64,000 nt of DNA from Anaerolineae bacterium (GCA_019912965.1 JAIOHM010000159.1:55650-119649), one strand, 5' to 3'. Counted from the first letter of the stretch, positions 29,911-39,870 are shown. Notes: a model not told the origin generated them from the sequence alone. Translations and numbers: made by a program.

Positions 29911-32195
29911 CCCCTATGCATCGCCGCTTGCTATATACGATACTCACGGGTTATGTTCTTTTAGCTACGATTTACAGTATCGTCACGCCGATCTTTGAAG
30001 CCTCTGACGAATTGTGGCATTATCCGATGGTCAAATATCTGGCAGATAATGGGTTGCAACTGCCGCCACAAGACCCAGCTAACCCCGGCCCGTGGCGACA
30101 GGAAGGCAGCCAACCGCCGCTATACTATATGCTGGCAGCCATTTTGACAGCGGGGATCGACACATCCGATATGGATTATGTGCGGCGCATTAACCCTCAT
30201 GCCGACATTGGTGTGGTGCTGCCGGATGGCAACGTCAACATGATCGTTCACCGTGCAGAAGCAGAATCCTTTCCATGGCGGGGTACAGTGCTGGCGGTTC
30301 ACATCGCCCGCTTTTTCTCCATCGCACTCGGATTAGGCACAGTGATTGTTACCTATCTGCTGGCGCGCGAAATCTTTCCCGATAACCCAACGATTATTTT
30401 AGGCGCAACCGCACTGAACGCCTTCTTGCCGATGTTTCTGTTTATCAGCGGATCAGTGAACAACGACAACCTGTCAAATTTACTTGGTAACTGGCTAACC
30501 CTTTTAATTGTTCGGTTGCTCAAATCAACCATTTCGCCGGGAATCCGGACCTATCTCTTGCTCGGACTAATCACAGGGGCGGGACTTCTAGCAAAATTCA
30601 ACATTGGCTTTTTGATTCCGTTAGTCGCACTGGTTTTACTGATCGTTAGCTGGAGGCTGCGTAATTGGAAACCACTAGTAATCGGCGGAGCAATCGCGGG
30701 CGGATTGACTATTGCTATCGCCGGATGGTGGTATCTGCGCAATATGCAGTTATACGGCGACCCCACCGGACTAAATCGCTTTCTGGAAATGGTTGGGAAG
30801 CGGGCAATTCCAGCCAACGTCGCACAACTGTGGAGCGAACGGCACAGCTTTACCCAAGCCTATTGGGGATTCTTCGGCGGCGTAAATGTGCCCCTGCCCG
30901 ATTTAGCCTATTTGATCTTCAACATTATTGGCGGAATAGGGTTAATCGGCGCAGTTATTTTCATCATTTACGCTGGCGTGAATCACTTACGCACCAAGTT
31001 AAAATCCGGCTTCAGTATCAATTGGCTGCCCGCTGCCATAACCCTCATCTGGCCGATCATCACGTTTATCTCGTACCTGCGCTGGACAGCAGAAACGCCA
31101 GCTTCACAAGGGCGGTTGGTCTTTGCTGCATTATCATCCATTTCGTTGTGGATGGTGGTAGGGTTAGTCTGGTGGCTGCCTGTGCGGTTCAGACCAATTT
31201 TGATGAGCATAATCGCTGGATATTTTGCTATTGTCGCCACCCTAACGCCGTTCTTGGTCATTGCCCCTTCATACAGTCTGCCAGATAACGGCTACTACGC
31301 ATATGGCGCACCAAGAGTTTTTAGCGAACCTAACAATTCAGGCGGTCAAATCATTTTGAGAGGAACGTTTGGGTCGCTTTGGTTTCCTGAAGTGCCACAT
31401 CCAGAAGATTTTATAAATGTGTTGGCTCATTGGGATATTAAAAAACCACTGAATCGGGATTGGAGCTTGTTTGCTCATCTTGTAACACCGGATGGTGTAA
31501 TCATTGGACAGCGGGATGTTTATCCGGGGCGCGGTTTGCTGGCAACCTCAGACCTTGAAATAGATAGAAGATGGATCAACCCAATCAAAATTTGGATTCC
31601 GCCAACCGCTTATGCACCGATGACTCTGAGTGTTGAAATCGGGTGGTACGACATCAAAACGGGCGAGCGGATGCGGCTGGAAGATGGTGCGGAAACGCTG
31701 AATATTGGCTCAGTAAAATTAATGCCCCGACCCGACCCTGAAAATCTGGGCGTCGAAAATCCGATTCGCATTAATTTTGGCGACGAAATCGAATTGGTCG
31801 GTTATAAATTGACCGATTTGAGTCCGGCGGTAGGCGATGCAATCGAACTCACTTTATACTGGCGCGGGCTGCGTTCGATGACTACGGATTACAAAGTGTT
31901 TGCCAACATCATCGATCCAGCAACCCTGACCAAATATGCTGCCTCAGATGGAATGCCCGTAAACTGGCAAGCCCCGACCTCAACATGGACACCAGGAACA
32001 ATTATCGAGGACACCCATACTTTGACCGTAGACCCAAATGCACCACCGGGAATATATGAGCTAGAAATCGGGCTTTACGCGCAAACACCCAATGGCAATT
32101 TTGAACGCCTACGCATTATCACGCCCGACGGCGGCATGGCAACTAATTTCTTATATCTGAGCCGGGTACGGATACTCCCGATGGAAACCCCATGA
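29907..32195 (+). CDS. GT-C glycosyltransferase (PMT/ArnT-like) with extracellular C-terminal domains
   Basis: First-loop DE motif (EASDELWH), QPPLYY, VNND, many TM helices; two C-terminal beta domains (LFAHL..G.Y, LTLYW..G.Y). Confidence 0.8.
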   Translation: MTPMHRRLLYTILTGYVLLATIYSIVTPIFEASDELWHYPMVKYLADNGLQLPPQDPANPGPWRQEGSQPPLYYMLAAILTAGIDTSDMDYVRRINPHADIGVVLPDGNVNMIVHRAEAESFPWRGTVLAVHIARFFSIALGLGTVIVTYLLAREIFPDNPTIILGATALNAFLPMFLFISGSVNNDNLSNLLGNWLTLLIVRLLKSTISPGIRTYLLLGLITGAGLLAKFNIGFLIPLVALVLLIVSWRLRNWKPLVIGGAIAGGLTIAIAGWWYLRNMQLYGDPTGLNRFLEMVGKRAIPANVAQLWSERHSFTQAYWGFFGGVNVPLPDLAYLIFNIIGGIGLIGAVIFIIYAGVNHLRTKLKSGFSINWLPAAITLIWPIITFISYLRWTAETPASQGRLVFAALSSISLWMVVGLVWWLPVRFRPILMSIIAGYFAIVATLTPFLVIAPSYSLPDNGYYAYGAPRVFSEPNNSGGQIILRGTFGSLWFPEVPHPEDFINVLAHWDIKKPLNRDWSLFAHLVTPDGVIIGQRDVYPGRGLLATSDLEIDRRWINPIKIWIPPTAYAPMTLSVEIGWYDIKTGERMRLEDGAETLNIGSVKLMPRPDPENLGVENPIRINFGDEIELVGYKLTDLSPAVGDAIELTLYWRGLRSMTTDYKVFANIIDPATLTKYAASDGMPVNWQAPTSTWTPGTIIEDTHTLTVDPNAPPGIYELEIGLYAQTPNGNFERLRIITPDGGMATNFLYLSRVRILPMETP

Positions 32196-34444
32196 GACAA
32201 TACCGACAATGGATAACAGCAGATACCTATGCTGTACTGATTTTACTCGCGCTGTGGCTGTTCTTTTTCTGGCGGCTGTTCACCCCGATTGAAGCCGACC
32301 AAGCATCAATCAAACAAGGGGATTTCTCCGGTCAATTTGTGGCTTTTGCGGCTTATCAATATCAACGAATTGCGGCGGGTGAAGTGCCGTTATGGAATCC
32401 CTATAACAATGGCGGATTACCCTTTATCGGCGATACCCAAGCCGCAGTTTTTTATCCGCCACGATTGGCTACCATTGGCTTGAGCAAATTGGCAGGGGGT
32501 TTCAGTTACCATGCGCTGGAACTGGAAATGACGGTTCATGTGCTGGCCTGCGCTCTGATGATGTACGCTTTCATCAGAAGATTGACATTAGGCAACCCCG
32601 GCAGTGTATTCGGTGCATTTGTTGCGGCAGTTATCGCCAGCTATGGCGGATTTTTGCAGTCATATCCACCACTGCAATTGGCGCTGTTGGAAGCCGTGAT
32701 CTGGATGCCCCTGGCGACACTTGGCATTCTGGAGGCGACACGACAGGAACGAATTCGTTGGGCTTGGCTGACCCTCACCGGATTAGCACTTGGTCTGTCG
32801 TGGATGGCTGGACATCCGCAGAGTAGTTTCTTCTTAACATATTTGCTGGTTGCCTATTTCGCATACCGTGCTTATGCACAGCGTTATAACTGGCGTATTG
32901 TACTTATCGGCATCATCCTTTTCGGCCTTCTCACTGGCGGACTTGCGGCAGTGCAACTGCTTCCCGGATTTGAATATTTGCTGCATACTGCCCGTGCTGG
33001 AATGGGTTTTGACGAAAAAGGCAACGGATTCCCATTTCAGGATGTCGTACAGTTCATTTTCCCCAATATTGTCACTCTATGGTCGCCACTGTTTGTTGGG
33101 ATCACCGGGTTAACCTTAGCATTGATTGCCTTATGGCGAAGGCTGTCGGGTAGTTTGTTCTGGGGCATTGTTGTAATTGTCGCATTAGGGCTAAGTTTTG
33201 GTGGGAACAGCCCAATATTTGATCTGTTATTCAACCTTGTGCCGGGGATGCGCTTTTTCCGGGGACAGGAACGCGCGGCCTATCTAGTATCTTTCGGACT
33301 GGCGATTCTGGCGGGAATGGGCGCTGCCCACATACTTTCATGGGATAAATTACAGGATTTCAAAGCCACACGACGAATTCAACAAGTGTTATTGGGATTA
33401 GTCATCATCTGCGGCGTTGTGGCCGGTGCAGTGCTGATTATGTGGCTTGGCAATAACGAAGCCTATGGGAAATACATCAGTCTAGTTGCTTTTAGCTTCC
33501 TCAGCGCATTATTGGTATTCCTGCTTATCCCCTTTCTGCTCAACAATCCACAACAGCCAATTCGTTATGTACTGGTGGGCGGTCTGCTGGTTTTTGAACT
33601 CTTCACCCTCAGCATGGATAGCTCCAGTAACTACGATTCTATCTCGCCGGATGAGCAGCTTTCATTTACACCCTCTCCACTGATTGCGACCGCGTTAACC
33701 GATACTGATATTCATTTTCGGGTCGATGGCTACCGGGCATTGCACGACAATTACGGTAGCCTGTACGGATTAGCGGATATGCGCGGCATCAGCCCTTTAT
33801 TTCTCGAAGGGCCGTTCAATCTGATCAACAGTGGGTTGATTAACCCCCTCGCATGGGAATTATTCGCTGTGCGCTACGTTTATACAGACTGGAACGAAAT
33901 GCCGGTTTCTAGCGAAATCATCGCCAGCGGGCAAGATCGTTATGGCGAAGTCAAACTGCACCGCCTGACTGATCCGCGGCCATTTGCACTACTGATATAC
34001 ACCGCACAAATTGTTGAAGATGATGAGCAAGCGCGATCCGCATTAAGCGACCCTAATTTCAACGCGCGTCGAACGATTATCCTGAATCAAGACCCCGGAA
34101 TCCTCACGAATGGTGATATTCCAGAAGATGCCGAAGCAACAGTAACCACGTTCAAACCCGAAACATTCACCCTTGAAGTCAACACACCACATAACGCTGT
34201 GCTTTCGGTATCCCATCCTGATTATCCCGGTTGGTATGCCACAGTAGATGGTGAACCAGCACCCATTTTGCGGGCTTATGGGGCGTTATCAGCAGTTACA
34301 ATTCCGTCAGGCGAACACACCGTTACATTCGTGTACAATCCACTGAGTTACCGAATCGGCGCGATCATCAGCCTGCTAACATGGGCAGGAATGGTTGTGA
34401 TGGGGGTAATTTTGTTGGCAAGGAGACGCCATGTACGAAACTAA
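32192..34444 (+). CDS. YfhO-family GT-C membrane glycosyltransferase
   Basis: GEVPLWNPY..GG.P, FYPP, AGHPQ; C-terminal YPGWYATVDG...GEHTVTFVYNP plus TM. Confidence 0.85.
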   Translation: MRQYRQWITADTYAVLILLALWLFFFWRLFTPIEADQASIKQGDFSGQFVAFAAYQYQRIAAGEVPLWNPYNNGGLPFIGDTQAAVFYPPRLATIGLSKLAGGFSYHALELEMTVHVLACALMMYAFIRRLTLGNPGSVFGAFVAAVIASYGGFLQSYPPLQLALLEAVIWMPLATLGILEATRQERIRWAWLTLTGLALGLSWMAGHPQSSFFLTYLLVAYFAYRAYAQRYNWRIVLIGIILFGLLTGGLAAVQLLPGFEYLLHTARAGMGFDEKGNGFPFQDVVQFIFPNIVTLWSPLFVGITGLTLALIALWRRLSGSLFWGIVVIVALGLSFGGNSPIFDLLFNLVPGMRFFRGQERAAYLVSFGLAILAGMGAAHILSWDKLQDFKATRRIQQVLLGLVIICGVVAGAVLIMWLGNNEAYGKYISLVAFSFLSALLVFLLIPFLLNNPQQPIRYVLVGGLLVFELFTLSMDSSSNYDSISPDEQLSFTPSPLIATALTDTDIHFRVDGYRALHDNYGSLYGLADMRGISPLFLEGPFNLINSGLINPLAWELFAVRYVYTDWNEMPVSSEIIASGQDRYGEVKLHRLTDPRPFALLIYTAQIVEDDEQARSALSDPNFNARRTIILNQDPGILTNGDIPEDAEATVTTFKPETFTLEVNTPHNAVLSVSHPDYPGWYATVDGEPAPILRAYGALSAVTIPSGEHTVTFVYNPLSYRIGAIISLLTWAGMVVMGVILLARRRHVRN

Positions 34445-35909
34445 TGGGCTGCAACATTGGGTCAGCAGCTTGGATCGCCGAATTTACACCGTTCTGGTTG
34501 GCAGTGCTATCGGCCTGACAGCCGGAATTATCGCTATTATGCTAGCGGCACTCGGCCCGGTCATTACCTTTGGCGCGGTACTGGGCATATTGGCTGGGTT
34601 GTATGTACTGTCCAATGTCTCAGCGGCACTGTACGGCGTGATTTTCATGGCGGCATTGCTCCCTTTCGGAACACTACCATTCAAAATAGGCATCACCCCT
34701 ACCCTGCTTGATGTGGCGATGGGGGCATTTGTGTTGGTTTATCTGCTTCAATGGATGACCGGGCAGCGTCAGGATTTGCGATTAACACCTGTTCATGGGC
34801 TGATTGCTCTCTACATAGGCTGGCTGCTGTTGTGCTTTGCATTAGGATTACGCTATGCCATGCCAACCTCGGCAATTTTGCGGCAGTTTGCGGAAACACT
34901 GATCAGCATCAGTATGACATTTATTCTGGTAGATCTGCTGCGTGACTCCAAAATGCTGCGTAGGTTGGTGCTGGTAGTGATGGCAGCCGTTGGCGCACAG
35001 GCATTAGTTGCCATCGGGCTGTATTTGATGCCAGATGATCTGGCTGAACGGACGCTGGTGCGCTTGGCACGCATTGGTTACCCCAATGGCGGCGTTATTC
35101 GTTACATCGAGGACAACCGCGCGCTGGCCGAACGTGCTATCGGAACGTGGGTAGACCCAAACGCATTAGGTGGAATTTTAGCCGTCTCAGCAGCTATGAT
35201 CGCACCGCAATTATTCGCCAAACGCCCGGTGCTGCGCTATCGTTGGCTGACTTTCGGTGTTCTGGGTGTGGTAGCATTGGCTCTGCTGCTGACATTTTCG
35301 CGTGCATCCATGCTGGCTTTTGCCATTGGGATTTGTTTCATCGGGTTATTTCCCGGCTACCGAAAATATCTGGTGCTGGCGGCAGTGGGTGCATGTGCAA
35401 TCCTCGTCCTCCCTCAGACCCGCAGTTATGTGGAACGATTCGCAGCCGCATTTCAGGGTGCAGACCTTGCCACTCAAATGCGTCTGGGTGAATACGGCGA
35501 TTCCCTCGAACTCATTAATCAGTATCCTATTTTTGGTGTTGGTTTTACTGGGACACCCAACAATAACCTGTACACGGATGTCGCCAGCATGTACCTCATC
35601 ATGGGAAACCAGATCGGTCTGGTGGGGGTTGCTGTCTATGGTACAACCATTGCAGCCGTTTTCCTGTATGGCTGGCGAGCACGACAGGCAGCCAAAAACA
35701 TCCCTGACTTGGAATCAATTCAATTGGGATACTATGCAGCGTTGTTGACAGCGCTGCTGAACGCAGTTGCTGACCTGTATTTCTTTCGGCTGGATTTTCA
35801 TGCTTCAATCACCATCTTCTGGTTGATGGCGGCACTGGCACTGGCAAGTTCCCGGCTGGCAATCGAGCAAAGTGAATCGACCGTTGCTAAAACAGGCCGA
35901 TTACGGTAG
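34431..35909 (+). CDS. O-antigen ligase / O-oligosaccharyltransferase (Wzy_C) family membrane protein
   Basis: About 12 TM helices; RAIGTWVDPNALG, LTFSRAS, R...Y...PIFGVG, GLVG. Confidence 0.82.
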   Translation: MYETNGLQHWVSSLDRRIYTVLVGSAIGLTAGIIAIMLAALGPVITFGAVLGILAGLYVLSNVSAALYGVIFMAALLPFGTLPFKIGITPTLLDVAMGAFVLVYLLQWMTGQRQDLRLTPVHGLIALYIGWLLLCFALGLRYAMPTSAILRQFAETLISISMTFILVDLLRDSKMLRRLVLVVMAAVGAQALVAIGLYLMPDDLAERTLVRLARIGYPNGGVIRYIEDNRALAERAIGTWVDPNALGGILAVSAAMIAPQLFAKRPVLRYRWLTFGVLGVVALALLLTFSRASMLAFAIGICFIGLFPGYRKYLVLAAVGACAILVLPQTRSYVERFAAAFQGADLATQMRLGEYGDSLELINQYPIFGVGFTGTPNNNLYTDVASMYLIMGNQIGLVGVAVYGTTIAAVFLYGWRARQAAKNIPDLESIQLGYYAALLTALLNAVADLYFFRLDFHASITIFWLMAALALASSRLAIEQSESTVAKTGRLR

Positions 35910-35912
35910 CAT
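35884..35912 (+). promoter_or_regulatory. Sigma70-type promoter of rpsF-ssb-rpsR
   Basis: TTGCTA-N17-TAGCAT. Confidence 0.55.
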
Positions 35913-35918
35913 GTGCCC

Positions 35919-36022
35919 GTTGAACTTCCCCCGGAAACTCGTTTCGGGGTGCTTTCCGCTTCGCAAGCGTTCACCAATGCTAGAGCGAGGCAATCCCAGG
36001 GAAAGGAGTATTATAATTCCCT
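35919..36022 (+). promoter_or_regulatory. Structured rpsF leader, candidate S6:S18 autoregulatory RNA
   Basis: Several stems (CCCCGGAAAC/GTTTCGGGG; CTTCGC/GCGAGG; AGCGTT/AATGCT); CCC next to the SD region. Confidence 0.5.
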
Positions 36023-36313
36023 ATGCGAAATTCATATGAGCTAACAATCATCGTCCGCAACGACCCCAACGAAGAGGTCATCAATAACGCTGTGACACAG
36101 GTGCAGGCCTGGGTTGAAGCCGATACCCTCGGTCAGGTCACGAAAATTGACCGTTGGGGACGCCGTAAACTAGCTTACGAAATCGACAAGCAGCGTGATG
36201 GATTCTATGTCTGCATGTATGCAGATATTGACCCCAAGAACCTGCCAGAACTCGAACGCAATCTGCGTCTGTCGCCAGACATCCTGCGCTATCTGCTGGT
36301 GCGTCCAGACTAA
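36023..36313 (+). CDS. rpsF: 30S ribosomal protein S6
   Basis: YEL, WGRRKLAYEI, ILRYLLVR. Confidence 0.97.
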   Translation: MRNSYELTIIVRNDPNEEVINNAVTQVQAWVEADTLGQVTKIDRWGRRKLAYEIDKQRDGFYVCMYADIDPKNLPELERNLRLSPDILRYLLVRPD

Positions 36314-36341
36314 AATGTTGGGTGGTTAGGAGTTAATCAGG

Positions 36342-36746
36342 ATGGGACGTGGGCTAAATAAAGTCATGATTATCGGCTATCTGGGTCGTGACCCGGAGAT
36401 GCGCTATACGCCCAGTGGCCGTCCGGTGACGAGCTTCAGTGTTGCTACCAGCCGTACCTGGACTTCTGCCGAAGGGGAGCGCCGCGAAGAAACCGAGTGG
36501 TTTAATGTGGTCGCCTGGGGTACGCTGGCGGAAATCTGCAAAACACACCTGAGCAAAAACCAGCAAGTGTATGTTGAAGGCCGCCTGCAAACGCGCGGAT
36601 GGGAAGACGAGAGCGGAAAGAAACATTTCCGCACCGAACTGGTTGCAAATGAAATGATCCTGCTGGGGGAACGCCGCCGTGACCAGCATCAGGATGATAT
36701 GGAATATGTGGATAACGATGGCGGTGACGGCGACTACGCCTTCTAA
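36342..36746 (+). CDS. ssb: Single-stranded DNA-binding protein
   Basis: LNKVMIIGYLGRDPE, TEWFNVVAW, VYVEGRLQTR; acidic tail. Confidence 0.97.
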   Translation: MGRGLNKVMIIGYLGRDPEMRYTPSGRPVTSFSVATSRTWTSAEGERREETEWFNVVAWGTLAEICKTHLSKNQQVYVEGRLQTRGWEDESGKKHFRTELVANEMILLGERRRDQHQDDMEYVDNDGGDGDYAF

Positions 36747-36758
36747 GGAGAAACAGAT

Positions 36759-37085
36759 ATGAGCGATAACGATAATTACCGCCGCCGCGACGCGGATGGT
36801 GATGATGATTTTGACGGTGGCAGAGGTGATCGTGATGATCGTCATGATCGTGGCCCGCGACGCGGCGGACGCATGGGCCGCAGCCGTCACCAACAATACT
36901 GCCCGGATGGCAAATGCTTCGACTACAAGGATGTTGATACCCTGCGACGTTATGTTGGCGAAACGGGCAAAATCAAGCCCCGCCGACAGACCGGGAACTG
37001 CGCCCGCTGCCAGCGCGAACTGGCACGCGAGGTCAAGCGCGCCCGGCACCTGGCACTGCTGCCTTTCATCATCTCCTCGGATTAG
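36759..37085 (+). CDS. rpsR: 30S ribosomal protein S18 with N-terminal D/R/G-rich extension
   Basis: DYKD..LRRY...[10 protein letters not shown]...QR...[12 protein letters not shown]. Confidence 0.95.
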   Translation: MSDNDNYRRRDADGDDDFDGGRGDRDDRHDRGPRRGGRMGRSRHQQYCPDGKCFDYKDVDTLRRYVGETGKIKPRRQTGNCARCQRELAREVKRARHLALLPFIISSD

Positions 37086-37111
37086 CCATTCGTCGATCAA
37101 GATTCAAAAGC

Positions 37112-37136
37112 AAGGGCATGGTCATCATGCCCTTTT
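37112..37136 (+). terminator. Rho-independent terminator
   Basis: AAGGGCATG/CATGCCCTT stem plus T-run. Confidence 0.75.
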
Positions 37137-37160
37137 ACATGTTCAGGAGCTTAAATTTTT

Positions 37161-38525
37161 ATGACCAAAAGAAGCCAGACAACCGGGCTTCCAAAGGAAA
37201 ACCCGAAACCAGCAGGTGAATCTACCGAAGTTGAAAATAATCGCCCAAAGCTCAAGCATGAGTATCGTTCGCGTGCTGAACGTGAGCAGGAAATCCAGCG
37301 ATGGGTTATCCTCGGCACAGGTGTCGCGGTGGCGGTTGTCGTAGTCATCCTGGCGGTCGCATTCATCATCGATCAGGTGATTACGCCCGGTCAAGTTGTA
37401 GCAACTGTTGAAGGAAAAAATATCACCGTTGCTGAATTCCAGCGACGTGTGCGGATTGAGCGTGTTGTTCGTAATTCACGGTTAATAAACATCGTCGAAA
37501 CCTATCGCAGCTTTGGCTTTACCGACGAACAAATCATCCAGCAAATTCAGAGCCAGGAACCATTTGCATCCTGGACGCGCGAACTTCAGGTGCCCGATCA
37601 GATGGGTCTCGCGGTCATTAATCAGATGATTGAAGACCAGTTAGTGCGAAATGCAGCATCGGAGCGAGGCATTACCGTAACGGATGCCGATATTGATAAA
37701 CAAATTGAAGAATTCTTCGGTTTCGTGCCAGAAGATTTGAGCGCCGAAGCCACCGCCGAGGCAACAGGCGAAGCAACGGCGGAAGCCACACAAGTCCCGA
37801 CGCTGACACCAACGCCTTATGTTTCGCCCACACCATCCCCAACACCGACAGTGACGCCAACACCAGAGTTCACACCAACCGCCAGTCCAACACCACTGGC
37901 AACTATTCCGCCTACCGCAACATTGACAGGCACTGAACAGGCACAGCAGTTTCAGGAAAATCGGAACGCCTATTTTGCTGATATACGACAGCAAACAGGT
38001 TTGGGTGACGCAGATATTCGGGCTTATTTCGAGATTCAAGCCCTGCGTACAGCACTGCGTGACAGCATTACAGCAGAAGTAACGGAAACGGGTGTGTTTG
38101 TTGATGCACGCCACATCCTGGTTGAAACAGAGGAAGAAGCTCAGGACATCATCACCGCGCTCCAAAACGGCGAATCCTTTGCTGATCTGGCAAAAGCCGT
38201 TTCGACCGACACTGGTTCGGGCGCAAGCGGTGGTGAACTGGGTTGGTCACCCGTCACACAGTACGTGAAAGAATTCCAGGATGCAGTACGAGATGGCGAA
38301 ATCGGTGCCATTCTTGGCCCGGTGAAATCCGAATTTGGTTATCACATTATCCAGGTGCGGGCACGGGAAGACCGCGAATTGGATGAAACGCAACTGACCA
38401 ATGCGAAAGATAATGCCTTCAATACCTGGCTGGAAGATTTGAAAACCAGTAAGCAGGATCAGATTCAGCAGTCTTCGAATTGGGCAGGATTTGTTCCAAC
38501 CGATCCACCTTCAATCTTCGGCTAA
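37161..38525 (+). CDS. Membrane-anchored PrsA/SurA-like parvulin peptidyl-prolyl isomerase
   Basis: TM helix; ARHILV, FADLAKAVSTD, GGELGW, PVKSEFGYHII; internal Pro/Thr-rich insert. Confidence 0.9.
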   Translation: MTKRSQTTGLPKENPKPAGESTEVENNRPKLKHEYRSRAEREQEIQRWVILGTGVAVAVVVVILAVAFIIDQVITPGQVVATVEGKNITVAEFQRRVRIERVVRNSRLINIVETYRSFGFTDEQIIQQIQSQEPFASWTRELQVPDQMGLAVINQMIEDQLVRNAASERGITVTDADIDKQIEEFFGFVPEDLSAEATAEATGEATAEATQVPTLTPTPYVSPTPSPTPTVTPTPEFTPTASPTPLATIPPTATLTGTEQAQQFQENRNAYFADIRQQTGLGDADIRAYFEIQALRTALRDSITAEVTETGVFVDARHILVETEEEAQDIITALQNGESFADLAKAVSTDTGSGASGGELGWSPVTQYVKEFQDAVRDGEIGAILGPVKSEFGYHIIQVRAREDRELDETQLTNAKDNAFNTWLEDLKTSKQDQIQQSSNWAGFVPTDPPSIFG

Positions 38526-38537
38526 AGTCTGAGTAAC

Positions 38538-38580
38538 AAAAGCAGGCACCGCAACCCAACGCGATGCCTGCTTTTTGTTT
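38538..38580 (+). terminator. Rho-independent terminator
   Basis: AAAAGCAGGCA/TGCCTGCTTTT stem plus T-run. Confidence 0.75.
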
Positions 38581-38598
38581 ACGCTCATGCAATCCACA

Positions 38599-38627
38599 TT
38601 GTCGCTCCAACTGCTCTCGGCTATAAT
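38599..38627 (+). promoter_or_regulatory. Sigma70-type promoter of the FHA operon
   Basis: TTGTCG-N17-TATAAT; ATG follows after 7 nt. Confidence 0.65.
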
Positions 38628-38634
38628 GCCGAAC

Positions 38635-39417
38635 ATGAACGATCAACATGTTGCCCGGCTAGAGGCGAAGCTTGAACGCTTGGTAGAAGGCGCATTTGCA
38701 CACCTTTTTGGCAAGCAAATCCGCGCGCAGGATATTGCTGTTCAGCTTGCGCGGGCAATGGAAGACAATGCTGAGTCGGGAACCCCCAGCGACCCACGTC
38801 CGATCGCACCCGATCATTACACCATCTTCCTCAATCCAGCAATCCAGCAGCAACTTCTTCAACGACAACCTGCGCTCTCGACCCATCTCGGTGAGCACAT
38901 GACAGAACTGGCGACCAGCAGCGGATACCGTCTGAACCATCTTCCAACAGTTGATCTCGAAACCGAAACCACCCTCAGCACCGCTGGACTTATCGTTAAA
39001 GCTGACCACACACGCAAAAAACATAGCACAACCGCTGTTATGCAAAGAGTCGAAATCAAGCCCGCGAATATGGAAACGCCACATAATCCCCAGTTGTGGC
39101 TAAACGGGCAGCAGGTGATTCCGCTGGTTGACGAGCTCATCAACATCGGACGCAGCCGCGATAACCAAATCGTGATTGATGATAAATCTGTTTCGCGTTA
39201 TCACCTGCAAATACGGTTACGGTTCGGTCGTTATACCCTTTTCGACACGCAGAGCCGGGGCGGAACATACGTCAACGATGTTTTGATTAAGGAACACAAT
39301 CTGCAAAGCGGTGATGTGATCCGCATTGGTAGCACACGGTTGGTGTACACTGAAGACCATCCCATGAGCGATTCGCAAACAGGTGCTAGCGCCCCAGCAG
39401 ATGAGCCATCCGGGTAA
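38635..39417 (+). CDS. FhaA-like protein (DUF3662 plus FHA domain)
   Basis: LERLVEGAF..LF...L.RAMED...AP..Y.I.L (DUF3662); IGRS, SVSRYH, GGTYVN (FHA). Confidence 0.88.
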   Translation: MNDQHVARLEAKLERLVEGAFAHLFGKQIRAQDIAVQLARAMEDNAESGTPSDPRPIAPDHYTIFLNPAIQQQLLQRQPALSTHLGEHMTELATSSGYRLNHLPTVDLETETTLSTAGLIVKADHTRKKHSTTAVMQRVEIKPANMETPHNPQLWLNGQQVIPLVDELINIGRSRDNQIVIDDKSVSRYHLQIRLRFGRYTLFDTQSRGGTYVNDVLIKEHNLQSGDVIRIGSTRLVYTEDHPMSDSQTGASAPADEPSG

Positions 39418-39423
39418 ACAACG

Positions 39424-39867
39424 GTGACAACAGAGATTATCCTGCTCCTGCTGCGCTTGATTTCCAGTTTGCTGCTTTTAACGCTTCTTGGCGCATTGTT
39501 CATCATTCTATGGCGAGAATATCGCCGCACAGCAATCACATGGGAATCACAACGACGCAGCCATGGCAGTCTGGTTATGCTGCGAGAAATCGATGGCAAA
39601 TACCTCAAAACAGGTGAAGAATTCCCGTTGCTGCCGATCACCAGTTTGGGACGTTCACCCACCAACAGCATCCCCATCAACGACAATTTTGCCAGCAGCG
39701 AACATGCTTTAGTGACTATGCGTAGCGGTCAATGGTGGCTCGAAGACCGCAAGAGCCGCAATGGAACAATGCTCAACGATGTTCCAGTGACTCAACCAAT
39801 GGTCATCACTGAAGGGGACATTATCGGCATTGGCAATATCAAACTTCGACTCGAATTGGAGCTGTAG
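39424..39867 (+). CDS. FhaB/FipA-like membrane-anchored FHA protein
   Basis: N-terminal TM; LGRSP.N, FASSEH, SRNGT.LN. Confidence 0.88.
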   Translation: MTTEIILLLLRLISSLLLLTLLGALFIILWREYRRTAITWESQRRSHGSLVMLREIDGKYLKTGEEFPLLPITSLGRSPTNSIPINDNFASSEHALVTMRSGQWWLEDRKSRNGTMLNDVPVTQPMVITEGDIIGIGNIKLRLELEL

Positions 39868-39870
39868 GCT

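Noticed and set aside
36354-37100. 248-aa antisense ORF over ssb-rpsR
   Set aside because: Shadow of conserved, codon-biased genes; no recognisable motifs.
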